DNA from: Candidatus Onthousia faecavium
Lineage (GTDB): Bacteria > Bacillota_I > Bacilli_A > RF39 > UBA660
Assembly: GCA_018711135.1 (NCBI GenBank)
Contig: DVIS01000019.1
Span: 2,533 to 66,532, forward strand
DNA length: 64,000 nucleotides
Direction: 5' to 3'
Part shown: one piece after another, positions 19,515 through 29,800 of the stretch
How positions within the stretch are numbered: position 1 is the stretch's first letter
Layout of the letters: each line of letters begins with the position of its first letter
The notes under the pieces: model-generated
Told to the model about the DNA's origin: nothing
What the model saw: only the letters and a program-made list of their open reading frames with translations
Database searches by the model: none
Position numbers and translations under genes: made by a program

Positions 19515-20096
19515 CTATTTATTTGTTTCTTTTTCTAAGAATTCTTTGGTTAAAAGTGCTAGGTTATTAATGGGTTTTTGCTTAAGAGTTAAATTCTTAA
19601 TCTGATTATTAAGGCATGTAATAATTGCCTTATTAAGATTTTGATAAGCTAAAGTTCTTTCTAAGGTAATACCAGGATAATTTTTCCCTTTTTCAATTTT
19701 GTCTGCAAGATAAATTATTTTAGCTAATAAACTCATACCAGGATGACCAGTTGTATGATATTTAATGGCTGCACACATATCATCTGTAAAGTTATATTTT
19801 TCTTTAACGATTAAAGAAGAAAGAATACCGTGAAGAAGATTTTTATTTTCTTCATTTAGTAAATCTTTAGATAAATTATATTTTTCTATTAAGTTTTTAT
19901 TTTCTTCTTCACTAAACTCTTTTGCTAAATCATGAGTAAGAGCACAGGCAGCACATTTATTTATATCTATATGATAATGTTTTCCTAATTTTATCGCTTC
20001 TTCCATGACATTTATACTATGATTGTAGCGATAAGAAGAGAGACTTTCTTTGATATCAGCTTTTATTTTCTCTAAATCATATTTCATTATCATCAC
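19515..20096 (-). CDS. yqeK: HD-domain protein YqeK (bis(5'-nucleosyl)-tetraphosphatase family)
   Basis: Motifs RYNHSINV, LTHDLAKE and IKYHTTG..LADKIE. Confidence 0.75.
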   Translation of the reverse strand: MMIMKYDLEKIKADIKESLSSYRYNHSINVMEEAIKLGKHYHIDINKCAACALTHDLAKEFSEEENKNLIEKYNLSKDLLNEENKNLLHGILSSLIVKEKYNFTDDMCAAIKYHTTGHPGMSLLAKIIYLADKIEKGKNYPGITLERTLAYQNLNKAIITCLNNQIKNLTLKQKPINNLALLTKEFLEKETNK

Positions 20097-20105
20097 CTAG
20101 TTCTA

Positions 20106-21359
20106 TTATGACATATTTAAGTTTTTAGGTAAAGTTACAATTACTCTTGTTCCTTTACCTTTGACTGAATTATACATGATTGTTCCACCATGGAGTTCAA
20201 TTATTTCTTTAGAAAGACTAATACCTAACCCACTCCCCTTCGCTTTGGTAGTAAAAAACATTTCACTTACTTTCTCTAAAGTTTCTTTATCCATACCTAT
20301 TCCATTATCTTCAATTATTATTTGTATTTCTTGGTCTTTTATTTCTAGCTTTAATTTTACATATTTATGTTCTCTCTTGGAATCTTCGGCTTCTATGGCA
20401 TTCTTAAAAATATTAATAAAAACTTGTTTGAGTCTATTATAATCAGCTTCAAGATAAATCTCATCATCAGGTAGTTCAAAAGTCGCTTTAATTTTTCTTT
20501 TTTTAAATAAAGGTTCTAAAGAGCATTCTAGTTCTTCTAAAAGCATAATTAAGTCAATTTCTTCTTTCTCAATCTTTATTTTAGTATAATCAAGAAAATC
20601 ATCCATTAAAATTAGAGTTCGCGTTATTTCTTCTTTAATTATTGGAATATATTTTCTAACTTTTTTCTTATCATTTAAATCAAGCATATCTAAATAGCCT
20701 TTGCAAACGGCGATAGGATTTTTTATTTCATGAGTTACTTTAAATAAAGATTTACGTAATTCTTTTTCTTTTTCAATCTTTTCTAAATCATTGCTTAGTT
20801 CGACAATTTTTTCTCCTTTGATAAAAAAATAGATGATAACATTGGTTATAATATAAATAATAAGAATCATTGATAGAATATAGATAATATTACTATTAAA
20901 ACTTGCTTCGGGTTTTAAAAACCAAAAGACTGCTAAAGCGAGCATAAAACTTTTAACAATAATAAAATTATTAATAATAGTCTTGATATTTAGCTTTTTC
21001 TTCATTAAAGAATAGATTATTAAGTAACAACTGTACTCTAAAGCGGCAAAATAAGGGTTAATATTTAAGAAAAGATACTCATAACAAACTAGAGTTAAGG
21101 ATATAAAAATAGCTAGAGGAATTTTTCTTTTGTAGTAAGAGATAAGTAGCGGGATATCAAATAACATAATAGAATAACCTGCTTCTTTAGTAGTACCAAA
21201 TTTCAAGACTAAGTATAAACTACTTATAAGAGCAAGTTCTAAACTTAGATCTTTTTCTTCAATTGATAAATTACGACGATATATCATATATAAAAGATAT
21301 ATAGATAAGGGGCAAAGCAAAAAGATACAATTTTCTAATAATATTTCAAAATACGACAT
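20106..21359 (-). CDS. Orphan membrane sensor histidine kinase
   Basis: About 6 N-terminal TM helices, an H-box (VTHEIKNPIAV), an N-box (INIFKNAIEA) and G-boxes (DNGIGM, GSGLGISL). No response regulator is adjacent. Confidence 0.8.
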   Translation of the reverse strand: MSYFEILLENCIFLLCPLSIYLLYMIYRRNLSIEEKDLSLELALISSLYLVLKFGTTKEAGYSIMLFDIPLLISYYKRKIPLAIFISLTLVCYEYLFLNINPYFAALEYSCYLIIYSLMKKKLNIKTIINNFIIVKSFMLALAVFWFLKPEASFNSNIIYILSMILIIYIITNVIIYFFIKGEKIVELSNDLEKIEKEKELRKSLFKVTHEIKNPIAVCKGYLDMLDLNDKKKVRKYIPIIKEEITRTLILMDDFLDYTKIKIEKEEIDLIMLLEELECSLEPLFKKRKIKATFELPDDEIYLEADYNRLKQVFINIFKNAIEAEDSKREHKYVKLKLEIKDQEIQIIIEDNGIGMDKETLEKVSEMFFTTKAKGSGLGISLSKEIIELHGGTIMYNSVKGKGTRVIVTLPKNLNMS

Positions 21360-21439
21360 ATTTTTTCCTTCTTTCTAAAATTAGTATATGTCATACTTTT
21401 GTAGAAATTTGTCGAACTATAGACATGATTAAATTTTTT

Positions 21440-21466
21440 AAAGAAAAAATAGTCCGAAGACTATTT
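21440..21466 (-). terminator. Intrinsic terminator (UUCG tetraloop)
   Basis: Minus strand ATAGTC-TTCG-GACTAT followed by TTTTTTC. The TAG stop of the upstream ORF is part of the stem. Confidence 0.65.
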
Positions 21467-21784
21467 TAATTCATCAATATATTTCTTTAGTTGTGCAGAT
21501 TCTTTTCCTAATATTATTTTTAACTGGTTATCTATTTCAACAATGCCTTTAGCACCTAATTTTTGAATTGCTTCTTTATCAACTTTACTTATATCTTTTA
21601 AAGTTACAATAAAACGGGATAACTTTGTCTCTGCTTGAATAATATTATCTTTACCACCTAGATATAAAACTAATTTATTAAGATCAACTTTGGCATCTTT
21701 CTTATTTGCTTTTAAAACTGCTAATAATATTATTAAAAGTACAACTAAAATAATTATATATTCTAATCTCATTAATATCACCAC
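21461..21784 (-). CDS. Membrane-anchored PTS EIIB(Glc)-like domain protein lacking the phospho-Cys
   Basis: An N-terminal TM helix, then [35 protein letters not shown]. This aligns by eye with E. coli PtsG IIB ([35 protein letters not shown]), with Lys in place of the catalytic Cys. Confidence 0.65.
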   Translation of the reverse strand: [107 protein letters not shown]

Positions 21785-21937
21785 TTTAATTATACGCTAT
21801 TTCAAAATAAATTAAAAGTGGAAATTAATGTTTTACTTTGTCATAAACTAGTATAGAAGATTATAGGTTAACAACTACACAAAATAAAAAATAGTGAATA
21901 ACCTATATTAGATAATAGATAAGAGGTGGTGTATAAT

Positions 21938-22342
21938 ATGAACAATGTGGATAACTGTTGTTTAGAAAAATTACTTAAAGTCATAGATATCTTGCAAAAA
22001 AATGCTAATAATAGTGATTGTTTTGATGAATCATGTACTAGACCTTATTTAGGGAGTGCACCTAATATAATTTGCTTTAATACAAGACCAGTTAGTTTTT
22101 ATACTAAGAATGGATCTTTGTTTACAGCAACTTATACATTAAACGGAGTTACTAATAGTTCTAGTGTCTTTAGAATTGAAGGAGTTAATAATTGTTGTGT
22201 CAAATGTCGCATCTTAAGAGCTAATCCTGATACTAGTGATATTAATAGAGCGTACTTAGCTACTAATGAATTTATTACAATAAATCTAAACTGCATCTGT
22301 GTTGTTACCTGTTTAAATGATATTATCATTGATAATTTATAA
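21938..22342 (+). CDS. Spore coat/exosporium protein, CotY/CotZ (ExsY) family, copy 1
   Basis: Cys-rich pattern CC..L..I..LQ...C.ESC..PYLG...NTRP..FY...SSVFRIE..NNCCVKCRIL...INLNCICVVTCL, matching the CotY/CotZ architecture. The start is ATG 21938, 9 nt after GAGGTG. Confidence 0.7.
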   Translation: MNNVDNCCLEKLLKVIDILQKNANNSDCFDESCTRPYLGSAPNIICFNTRPVSFYTKNGSLFTATYTLNGVTNSSSVFRIEGVNNCCVKCRILRANPDTSDINRAYLATNEFITINLNCICVVTCLNDIIIDNL

Positions 22343-22355
22343 GAGGAGGATTATT

Positions 22356-22754
22356 ATGTGTGAAAATAAAAACTGTTTAACTGACATCTTAGAAACTATA
22401 CTTTGTTTACAAACTACTAAAGATAACGACTGTGAAATTAATGGTTGCGATAAGCCTTACCTTGGCCCTACTCCTACTTTAATATGTTATAATACAAGAC
22501 CAATTAGTTTTTTTAACTGTATTACGGGTGATGCTTGGAGTTTTCCTTATACTCTAGGAACTACTACAGGAACATCTAGTGTTTTTAGATTGGAAAACTT
22601 AGAAGGTAACTGTTGTACATGTAGGGTTTTAGCAACTAATCCTGATACTAGTAGTAATGAACCTTACGTTTTAACCAATACATTCTTTACAATTAATCTT
22701 GGATGTGTCTCTGCTATAAGATGTTTGCAAGATACATTTATAAGTGGTGTTTAA
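22356..22754 (+). CDS. Spore coat/exosporium protein, CotY/CotZ (ExsY) family, copy 2
   Basis: Paralog of the upstream gene (CDKPYLGP..NTRPISFF..SSVFRLENLEGNCCTCRVL..INLGCVSAIRCL). The start is ATG 22356 after AGGAGGA. Confidence 0.7.
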   Translation: MCENKNCLTDILETILCLQTTKDNDCEINGCDKPYLGPTPTLICYNTRPISFFNCITGDAWSFPYTLGTTTGTSSVFRLENLEGNCCTCRVLATNPDTSSNEPYVLTNTFFTINLGCVSAIRCLQDTFISGV

Positions 22755-22782
22755 AAAAGCCCATCATTATGATGGGTTTTTT
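22754..22782. terminator. Bidirectional terminator hairpin between convergent genes
   Basis: AAAAAGCCCATCA-TTA-TGATGGGTTTTTT, a 7-bp GC-containing stem flanked by an A run and a T run. Confidence 0.6.
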
Positions 22783-23099
22783 ATTTCTATTTTTGTAATT
22801 GTAGAAATTGGAATAACCTCATTATCAAGAGTAATTATAGAGTCATTATTACGTAGAGCGAGATAAGTATCTACTTTTTTAGAAGCAAAATAAATAGTAA
22901 CGGGAATATTAAAGGCATAACCTTTAGTTTTAAAAATTTTATCTAAAACCTCCATTACTGTTTCTTCTTGATTATTTCTTTCTAAGACTTTCTCTTCACT
23001 ATTAGCTTTAACTTGATAAACTTGGTTAGTCTTATTTTTATTAATTGAATTAACCTTAAAAATAGGTGGTAATTGTTTCACTTGCATTCCTCCTATCAC
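22767..23099 (-). CDS. Hypothetical 110-aa protein
   Basis: ORF with a plausible SD (GGAGGAATG context). No recognisable motif. Confidence 0.4.
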   Translation of the reverse strand: MIGGMQVKQLPPIFKVNSINKNKTNQVYQVKANSEEKVLERNNQEETVMEVLDKIFKTKGYAFNIPVTIYFASKKVDTYLALRNNDSIITLDNEVIPISTITKIEIKNPS

Positions 23100-23168
23100 A
23101 TTTTATGTTTTTTACTAATAAATTTTCCTAGTTTTTGATATAATAATAATGAATTATGAGGTGATAGG

Positions 23169-24290
23169 ATGTATAAAAGAAGAAAACTTGACTTAACAAT
23201 TATTATTCCCTTAATTTTATTTTTTATTATAAGTATCACCAGTATTTATAGTGCTATGACTTACATGCCAAGTGAAAATGGTAATTTAGCTTTAAAGCAA
23301 GTAATGTGGTATGGGATTGGCATTATTTTAATTATTATCTTATGGAAGCTTAAAAATAGATATTTATATCGTAATGCATGGTTTTTCTATATTATATGTA
23401 ATATTTTATTGTTATCACTTTTATTATTTGCGCCGGAAATAAATAATAGTAAATGTTGGTTTGTAATTCCTTATATTGGTAGTTTCCAACCTAGTGAATT
23501 TACAAAGATCAGTATTATGTTAGTTCTAAGTTGCATGATTGCAAAGTTTAGGGAAAGAACAGATCATCCTAGTATTAAGGAAGAAGCATTTTTTATTTTT
23601 AAAACCTTAGTTGTCGTTCTTATTCCTAGTATTTTAACTTTTTTAGAACCTGATACAGGATCAGTTATTATTTATTTAGTTATTTATGTTTTTATGATGT
23701 TTACATCAGGAATTAGATTAAGATGGTTTTTAATTATTGGTCTAATTTCTCTAACTTTAATGGGATCAGTTATATTGTGCTATTATTTCAATGAAGATTT
23801 ATTTGTTAGTATTTTTGGAACTGACTTGTATTATCGATTTGATAGAATTCTTGATTGGCGAAGTGGTAGTGGTTTACAACTTGAGAATGCGTTAGCAGCG
23901 ATTGGTTCAGCAGGAGTATTTGGACATGGCTTTAATAATACACCTATTTATTTCCCAGAGTCAGGAACTGATTTTATTTTCGCTGTTTTTGCTTCTAATT
24001 TTGGTTTATTCGGAGCACTTATTTTAATTGCTATTATTGTTTTCTTTGATACGAGATTAGTTATAATGGCTACCAAAAAAATTCCTATATGTGATAAATT
24101 TGTTTTAGCAGGAATTATTGGTATGTTACTTTTTCAACAGGTTCAAAATATTGGTATGACTCTTGGACTTTTACCGATAACAGGAATTACTTTACCATTT
24201 ATTAGTTATGGTGGTAGTAGTTTGTTATCTTATATGATTATAGTGGGAATAATTTTAAATATTAGTGGAGAAAAAAAATCACGTAATTAA
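23169..24290 (+). CDS. SEDS-family peptidoglycan polymerase (FtsW/RodA/SpoVE)
   Basis: 373 aa with ~10 TM helices and the motifs QPSEFTK, EPDTGS, TDFIF and LPFISYGGSS. Confidence 0.85.
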   Translation: MYKRRKLDLTIIIPLILFFIISITSIYSAMTYMPSENGNLALKQVMWYGIGIILIIILWKLKNRYLYRNAWFFYIICNILLLSLLLFAPEINNSKCWFVIPYIGSFQPSEFTKISIMLVLSCMIAKFRERTDHPSIKEEAFFIFKTLVVVLIPSILTFLEPDTGSVIIYLVIYVFMMFTSGIRLRWFLIIGLISLTLMGSVILCYYFNEDLFVSIFGTDLYYRFDRILDWRSGSGLQLENALAAIGSAGVFGHGFNNTPIYFPESGTDFIFAVFASNFGLFGALILIAIIVFFDTRLVIMATKKIPICDKFVLAGIIGMLLFQQVQNIGMTLGLLPITGITLPFISYGGSSLLSYMIIVGIILNISGEKKSRN

Positions 24291-24299
24291 AAAGAGATA

Positions 24300-25304
24300 T
24301 TATTTTTTTAATACCTCTAGGTAAACAGCTTTTAGTTTTTCACCAACTACTTTTATATCACAAGATTTAGCTATTTCTCTTGCTCCTTTAGATACACTTT
24401 TTAACTTTCCTGTTAAAAAGTCTTTTATTTTTTGTTCAAATTCATCAACATCTTTAGCTTTATAAACATTAACCCCGTCAGTTAAAAAGTTAAAGATGGG
24501 AATATCTCTTATAATTGTATTGGCTTCCATGGCACAGCTTTCAATGATAGGAATACCTTCTGTTTCTTCGTAGGTTGGAAATAAGTAAAGATCGCACCCT
24601 CCTAAAGCTTCTCTAATAAATTCTTGTTTAACATAACCCGCAAACTTTAGATTAGCTAATTTCTTTTTCAAAGCTTTCTTAACATCAGCTGTAGCGGCAG
24701 AAATAGGACTATGACCAAACCAGATGAATTTATATTGGGGGAGTCTACTAGCTAGTTCTACAAAATCAACAATACCTTTACGTCTTGAATATATGCCAAT
24801 ACCAACTATTACTTTATCTTCTTTCTTGTAGCCATAACGTTTTTTAAAGGTTTCTTTATACTTAGGATTAGGTTTAAAGAAATCTAATTCTAAACCATTA
24901 GATATCGCTACTATTTTTTTATCTTTTAGACCTTTATAGTTTTCTAAAAGATTTTTAGAGTATTCTGTTGGAGTTACAATAATATCTCCAAGTCGGTAAC
25001 ATTTTACAATCCACCATTTGAATAATTTACTAGTAGCATGACCAAACATAAAGCCATCTTTATAGTCTTCCTCAGTAGAATGAGCATGATATACTATTTT
25101 TATACCTTTCTTTTTTAGTTTTTTAGCAAGACGATAGGATTTAAAAAAATAAGTATTAATATGAGCTATATCATAGGTATCGTTAATATCTGTTGTATAT
25201 TCTACACCTGCTAAAGTAAGAGCTCTTTTCTGATGTTCAATCGCTTTTCCTAAGCCACTAACACCAATTACTTTTAAACCTTCTGTATATAATAAAACTT
25301 TCAT
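24300..25304 (-). CDS. GT-B fold glycosyltransferase (GT4-like)
   Basis: 334 aa with the N-terminal GLGKAIEHQ and a C-terminal EETEGIPIIESCAM region typical of GT4 enzymes. Confidence 0.7.
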   Translation of the reverse strand: MKVLLYTEGLKVIGVSGLGKAIEHQKRALTLAGVEYTTDINDTYDIAHINTYFFKSYRLAKKLKKKGIKIVYHAHSTEEDYKDGFMFGHATSKLFKWWIVKCYRLGDIIVTPTEYSKNLLENYKGLKDKKIVAISNGLELDFFKPNPKYKETFKKRYGYKKEDKVIVGIGIYSRRKGIVDFVELASRLPQYKFIWFGHSPISAATADVKKALKKKLANLKFAGYVKQEFIREALGGCDLYLFPTYEETEGIPIIESCAMEANTIIRDIPIFNFLTDGVNVYKAKDVDEFEQKIKDFLTGKLKSVSKGAREIAKSCDIKVVGEKLKAVYLEVLKK

Positions 25305-25359
25305 TTTCTTCGTTCCTTCCTTTATATAATTTTAACATATATTTTTTTGCAAATAAATA

Positions 25360-25389
25360 TTGACAAGCATTTTTTTACTATGCTATAAT
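25360..25389 (+). promoter_or_regulatory. Near-consensus sigma-A promoter of tRNA-Ala
   Basis: TTGACA (25360-25365), an 18-nt spacer ending in TGc, then TATAAT (25384-25389), 20 nt before the tRNA. Confidence 0.7.
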
Positions 25390-25409
25390 CAATATGTTCC
25401 AATTGAAGC

Positions 25410-25485
25410 GGGGAATTAGCTCAGCTGGGAGAGCGTCACGTTTGCACCGTGAAGGTCAGGGGTTCGATCCCCCTATTCTCCACCA
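25410..25485 (+). tRNA. tRNA-Ala(UGC): tRNA-Ala (anticodon UGC)
   Basis: I folded the 76-nt cloverleaf by hand. Acceptor GGGGAAT/ATTCTCC carries the G3:U70 Ala identity pair. The D arm is GCTC/GAGC, the anticodon loop is TT-TGC-AC, and the T arm is AGGGG-TTCGATC-CCCCT. CCA is encoded. Confidence 0.95.
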
Positions 25486-25531
25486 TAAGAATTTAATCTG
25501 AATCTTTAGGTGTTTCAGATAATTTATAGAT

Positions 25532-25556
25532 AGAACTTGTCAAAAGTTCTTTTTTA
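25532..25556 (+). terminator. Intrinsic terminator after tRNA-Ala
   Basis: AGAACTT-GTCAA-AAGTTCT followed by TTTTT. Confidence 0.6.
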
Positions 25557-25571
25557 TGTTATTATGAATAT

Positions 25572-25645
25572 GTCAAGGAAACTTGCATAAAATAAAAAAG
25601 GAATACCTAATTTTGAAGTGTTAGGTACTATTCCAAATTTCTTTG
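25572..25645 (+). ncRNA. Candidate antisense RNA convergent with small-peptide gene 1
   Basis: Promoter TTGTCA (25537-25542), 17 nt ending in TGt, then TATTAT (25560-25565). The hairpin at 25600-25634 (GGAATACCTAA..TTAGGTACTATTCC) is followed by a T-rich tail. The RNA would overlap the 3' UTR of the minus-strand peptide mRNA. Confidence 0.3.
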
Positions 25646-25658
25646 TATTAGTACCGAC

Positions 25659-25751
25659 TTATGCAGTTGGTACTATTTTTATTAACATGATTAATATCAC
25701 AATAATAAGGAGTATTATGATAGTACAAAGATATTTCTCTGATTTTCTCAT
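25659..25751 (-). CDS. 30-aa hydrophobic peptide, type-I-toxin-like (not in the ORF track)
   Basis: My translation is MRKSEKYLCTIIILLIIVILIMLIKIVPTA. The SD GGAGGTG lies 5 nt upstream. The 5' UTR hairpin at 25759-25788 pairs CCTCCTTTAC with the SD. There is an extended -10 (TGcTATAAT, 25822-25830) and a terminator hairpin plus T6 downstream. It is a paralog of the peptide at 30496-30576. Confidence 0.55.
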   Translation of the reverse strand: MRKSEKYLCTIIILLIIVILIMLIKIVPTA

Positions 25752-25928
25752 AATTTCACCTCCTTCCACTTTTAAAAGTAAAGGAGGATAGTATCCAATC
25801 TAATTAAATATTCCTAAATCGATTATAGCAAGAGCATTTGTTCTTGAAACAATAATTTATACTGAATTTATGACAATTTTTTTCAAAAACTTATTGACAA
25901 AATGAAAACAAATGATTATTATAAAAAG

Positions 25929-26839
<911 letters not shown>

Positions 26840-26846
26840 GCCATAT

Positions 26847-26885
26847 AAAAAGGTTCAAGTCATATGATTTGAACTTTTTATTTTA
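26847..26885 (+). terminator. Intrinsic terminator after the collagen-like gene
   Basis: AAAAGGTTCAA-GTCATATGAT-TTGAACTTTT followed by a T-rich run. The hairpin overlaps the last codons of the convergent PFOR gene. Confidence 0.55.
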
Positions 26886-29800
26886 TTTTTTTCTTCTAAA
26901 CTCTGATAATAATTATAACGTTCTTTAGCATTTTCTTCATTTTCTTTAAGAAGAGTATCTGCTTCATCTTTATTAATTATATTTAATGATTTAAATCTAT
27001 CCTCACTATTTAAATATTCTTGATATTTGCTAAAATCACTTTTGGCATCCATTTTAAATTCTTTAGTTAAAGGGTTATAGTGGAAAATTGGGAAATAACC
27101 ACTACTTGTAGCAAATTTTTCTTCATTAATGGAATTATTCATACCTTTTAATATTCCCCAGGCAATACAAGGAGCATAGGCAACAATAATACTTGGGCCA
27201 TTATATTCTTCAGCTTCTAATAAAACTTTAACACAACTAGCTGGATTAGCCCCCATTGAAATAGCTCCAACATAAACATTAGGGTTAGTTAAAGCGATTT
27301 TTAACAAATCTTTTTTGGCTGTCTTTTTACCATTAGAAGCAAACTTACAAACAGCACCTAATTTACTTGATTTACTAGCTTGACCTCCAGTATTAGAATA
27401 AACCTCAGTATCAAGAACTAAAATATTAACGTTTTCTCCACTATTTAAGACATGATCAATTCCATTATATCCAATATCATAAGCCCAACCATCACCACCA
27501 ACAGCCCATAGAGAAATTGGCATAATATATCTTTTTAATGATTTTAATGGCTTAATCTTTGTGTGAGGAATAACTGATAATAAAGCTTTAGCAGTATTGA
27601 TATTAATATCTTTAACATAGTCTAAATAGATATCTTTTTCTTCTTCATCAACCTTAGAAATATTTTCGTTAATAATATTTTTGAGTTGTTGTTTCTTAAC
27701 CTCATCGGCTATTTTCATGCCATAACCAAATTCAGCATTATCTTCAAATAGTGAATTAGCCCAAGGAACACTATAAGGAGTTGAAGGACTACTAGCGCCA
27801 TAAATTGAAGAACACCCCGTTGCATTAGCTATTACTAATCTTTCACCAAATAATTGCGTTAGTAATTTCAAATAAGGTGTCTCTCCACAACCTGCACAAG
27901 CACCACTAAATTCAAAGTGTGGAGTTTTAAATTGACTACCCTTAACAGTATTAATACTCATAACATCTTTTTCTGTTACCTCATTAAATAGATATTCGGT
28001 TTCTTTTAAGGTTATATCAGTCATAATTTTATCTTTGCTAACCAATTCTAAAGCTTTTACTCCTTTTTTACCGGGACAAATATTAGCGCACAAACCACAA
28101 CCTGTACAGTCTTTATAACTAACAGCAATAGTAAATTTTAAATCATTACCTAAATTGCTATCTAATAATTTTTCTTCTAAACTAGAAGGTGCTTTTTCTA
28201 TTTCATCTTTATTTAATAAGAACGGTCTAATAACAGCATGAGGACAAACAAGAGAACATAAGTTACAACTAATACAGTTTTCTTTTATAAATTTAGGCAC
28301 TATCTCACTGATATCCCTTTTTTCAAGACGTGATAGTCCCCCTTCAACAGTACCATCAGGTCTAGCCAAGAAAGCACTTACAGGGAGGGTATCTCCTTCT
28401 CTTTTATCAATAATATCAAAAAGACTAGAACTTATTTCATTTATATCTACATAATCATCAACCTCAGGCTCTAACTTTAATAGTCTTGTATTATTAATAG
28501 CATTATCTATTGCTTTAATATTTTTATTAGCTAAATCATTACCTTTAAGTTTAAAACGTATCTTTAAGTTATCTTTCATCTTATTAATAGCAAAATCACT
28601 ATCTAAGATATGTCCAAATTTAAAAATTAGAGCTTCTATAATAGCACTTATTTTATTACCTAGTCCTTCTTTTTTAGCTACTTTATTGGCATCTACTATA
28701 TAAATTTTTATATTGTTATCAAGTAAATACTTTCTATCTTTAGGACTTATCAGAGCTATAATTTCTTCATCTTTTTTATTACTGTTTAGAAGGAATACAC
28801 CATTTTTCTTCACTTTATCTAAAAAGCGAAATTTTGGAAGATAACTATCCATAGTGCAAACTAGTAATTTAGCTTTTGAAACATAATAAGTTGATCTAAT
28901 TGGAGCTTTTGAAAAACGTAAATGACTTAAGGTTACCCCACCTGATTTTTTAGAATCATATTGGAAATATCCTTGGACATAGGCATCAGTAGCATCTCCT
29001 GTTATTTTCATTAAGTCTTTACAAGCAGACACCATACCATCACTACCATAACCATAGACAAGGAATGAGGTTTGATTTTTATGAGGTAAAGTAAAGTCTT
29101 TATCATAAGGAATACTTAAATTAGTCACATCATCATCAATACCAATTGTAAAGTTATGATTTATTGTATCAAGATGTTCATAGATAGCTTTTATCATCGC
29201 AGGAGTCGTATTTTTGCTAGATAAGCCATAACGACCACCTACGACTTTAATATCTTTATTAATTGTTTTAATAATATTAGCAACATCAAGGAATAAAGGT
29301 TCACCAGTTGATCCTGCTTCTTTAGTACGATCTAAAACCGCAATCATCCTTACAGTTTTAGGGATGCTTTTAAGAAAATATTCTCTTGAGAAAGGTCGAT
29401 ATAAATGAACCTCAAGAACACCAACATTTTCCCCATTGTCATTTAAATAATCAACAGTTTCTTTAATAGTTTCACAGACACTTCCCATTGCAACAATAAC
29501 TTTAGTAGCGGTTCTTGAACCGTAATAATTAAAGGGAGCATAATTTTTCCCCGTTATTTTATTTATCTTTTGCATATAATCATTAACTATATCAGGCAAT
29601 TCTAAATAATATTTATTTCTAACCTCAGTTGCTTGAAAGTAAATATCATCATTTTCACTAGTACCTCTAGTTACTTTATTATCAGGATGTAAGCTTCTTT
29701 TACGAAAAGCGTCTAGAGCTTTTTTATCAACTAGTTTTTTTAATTTCTCTGTATCTATTACATCGATTTTTTGTAATTCATGACTAGTTCTAAAGCCATC

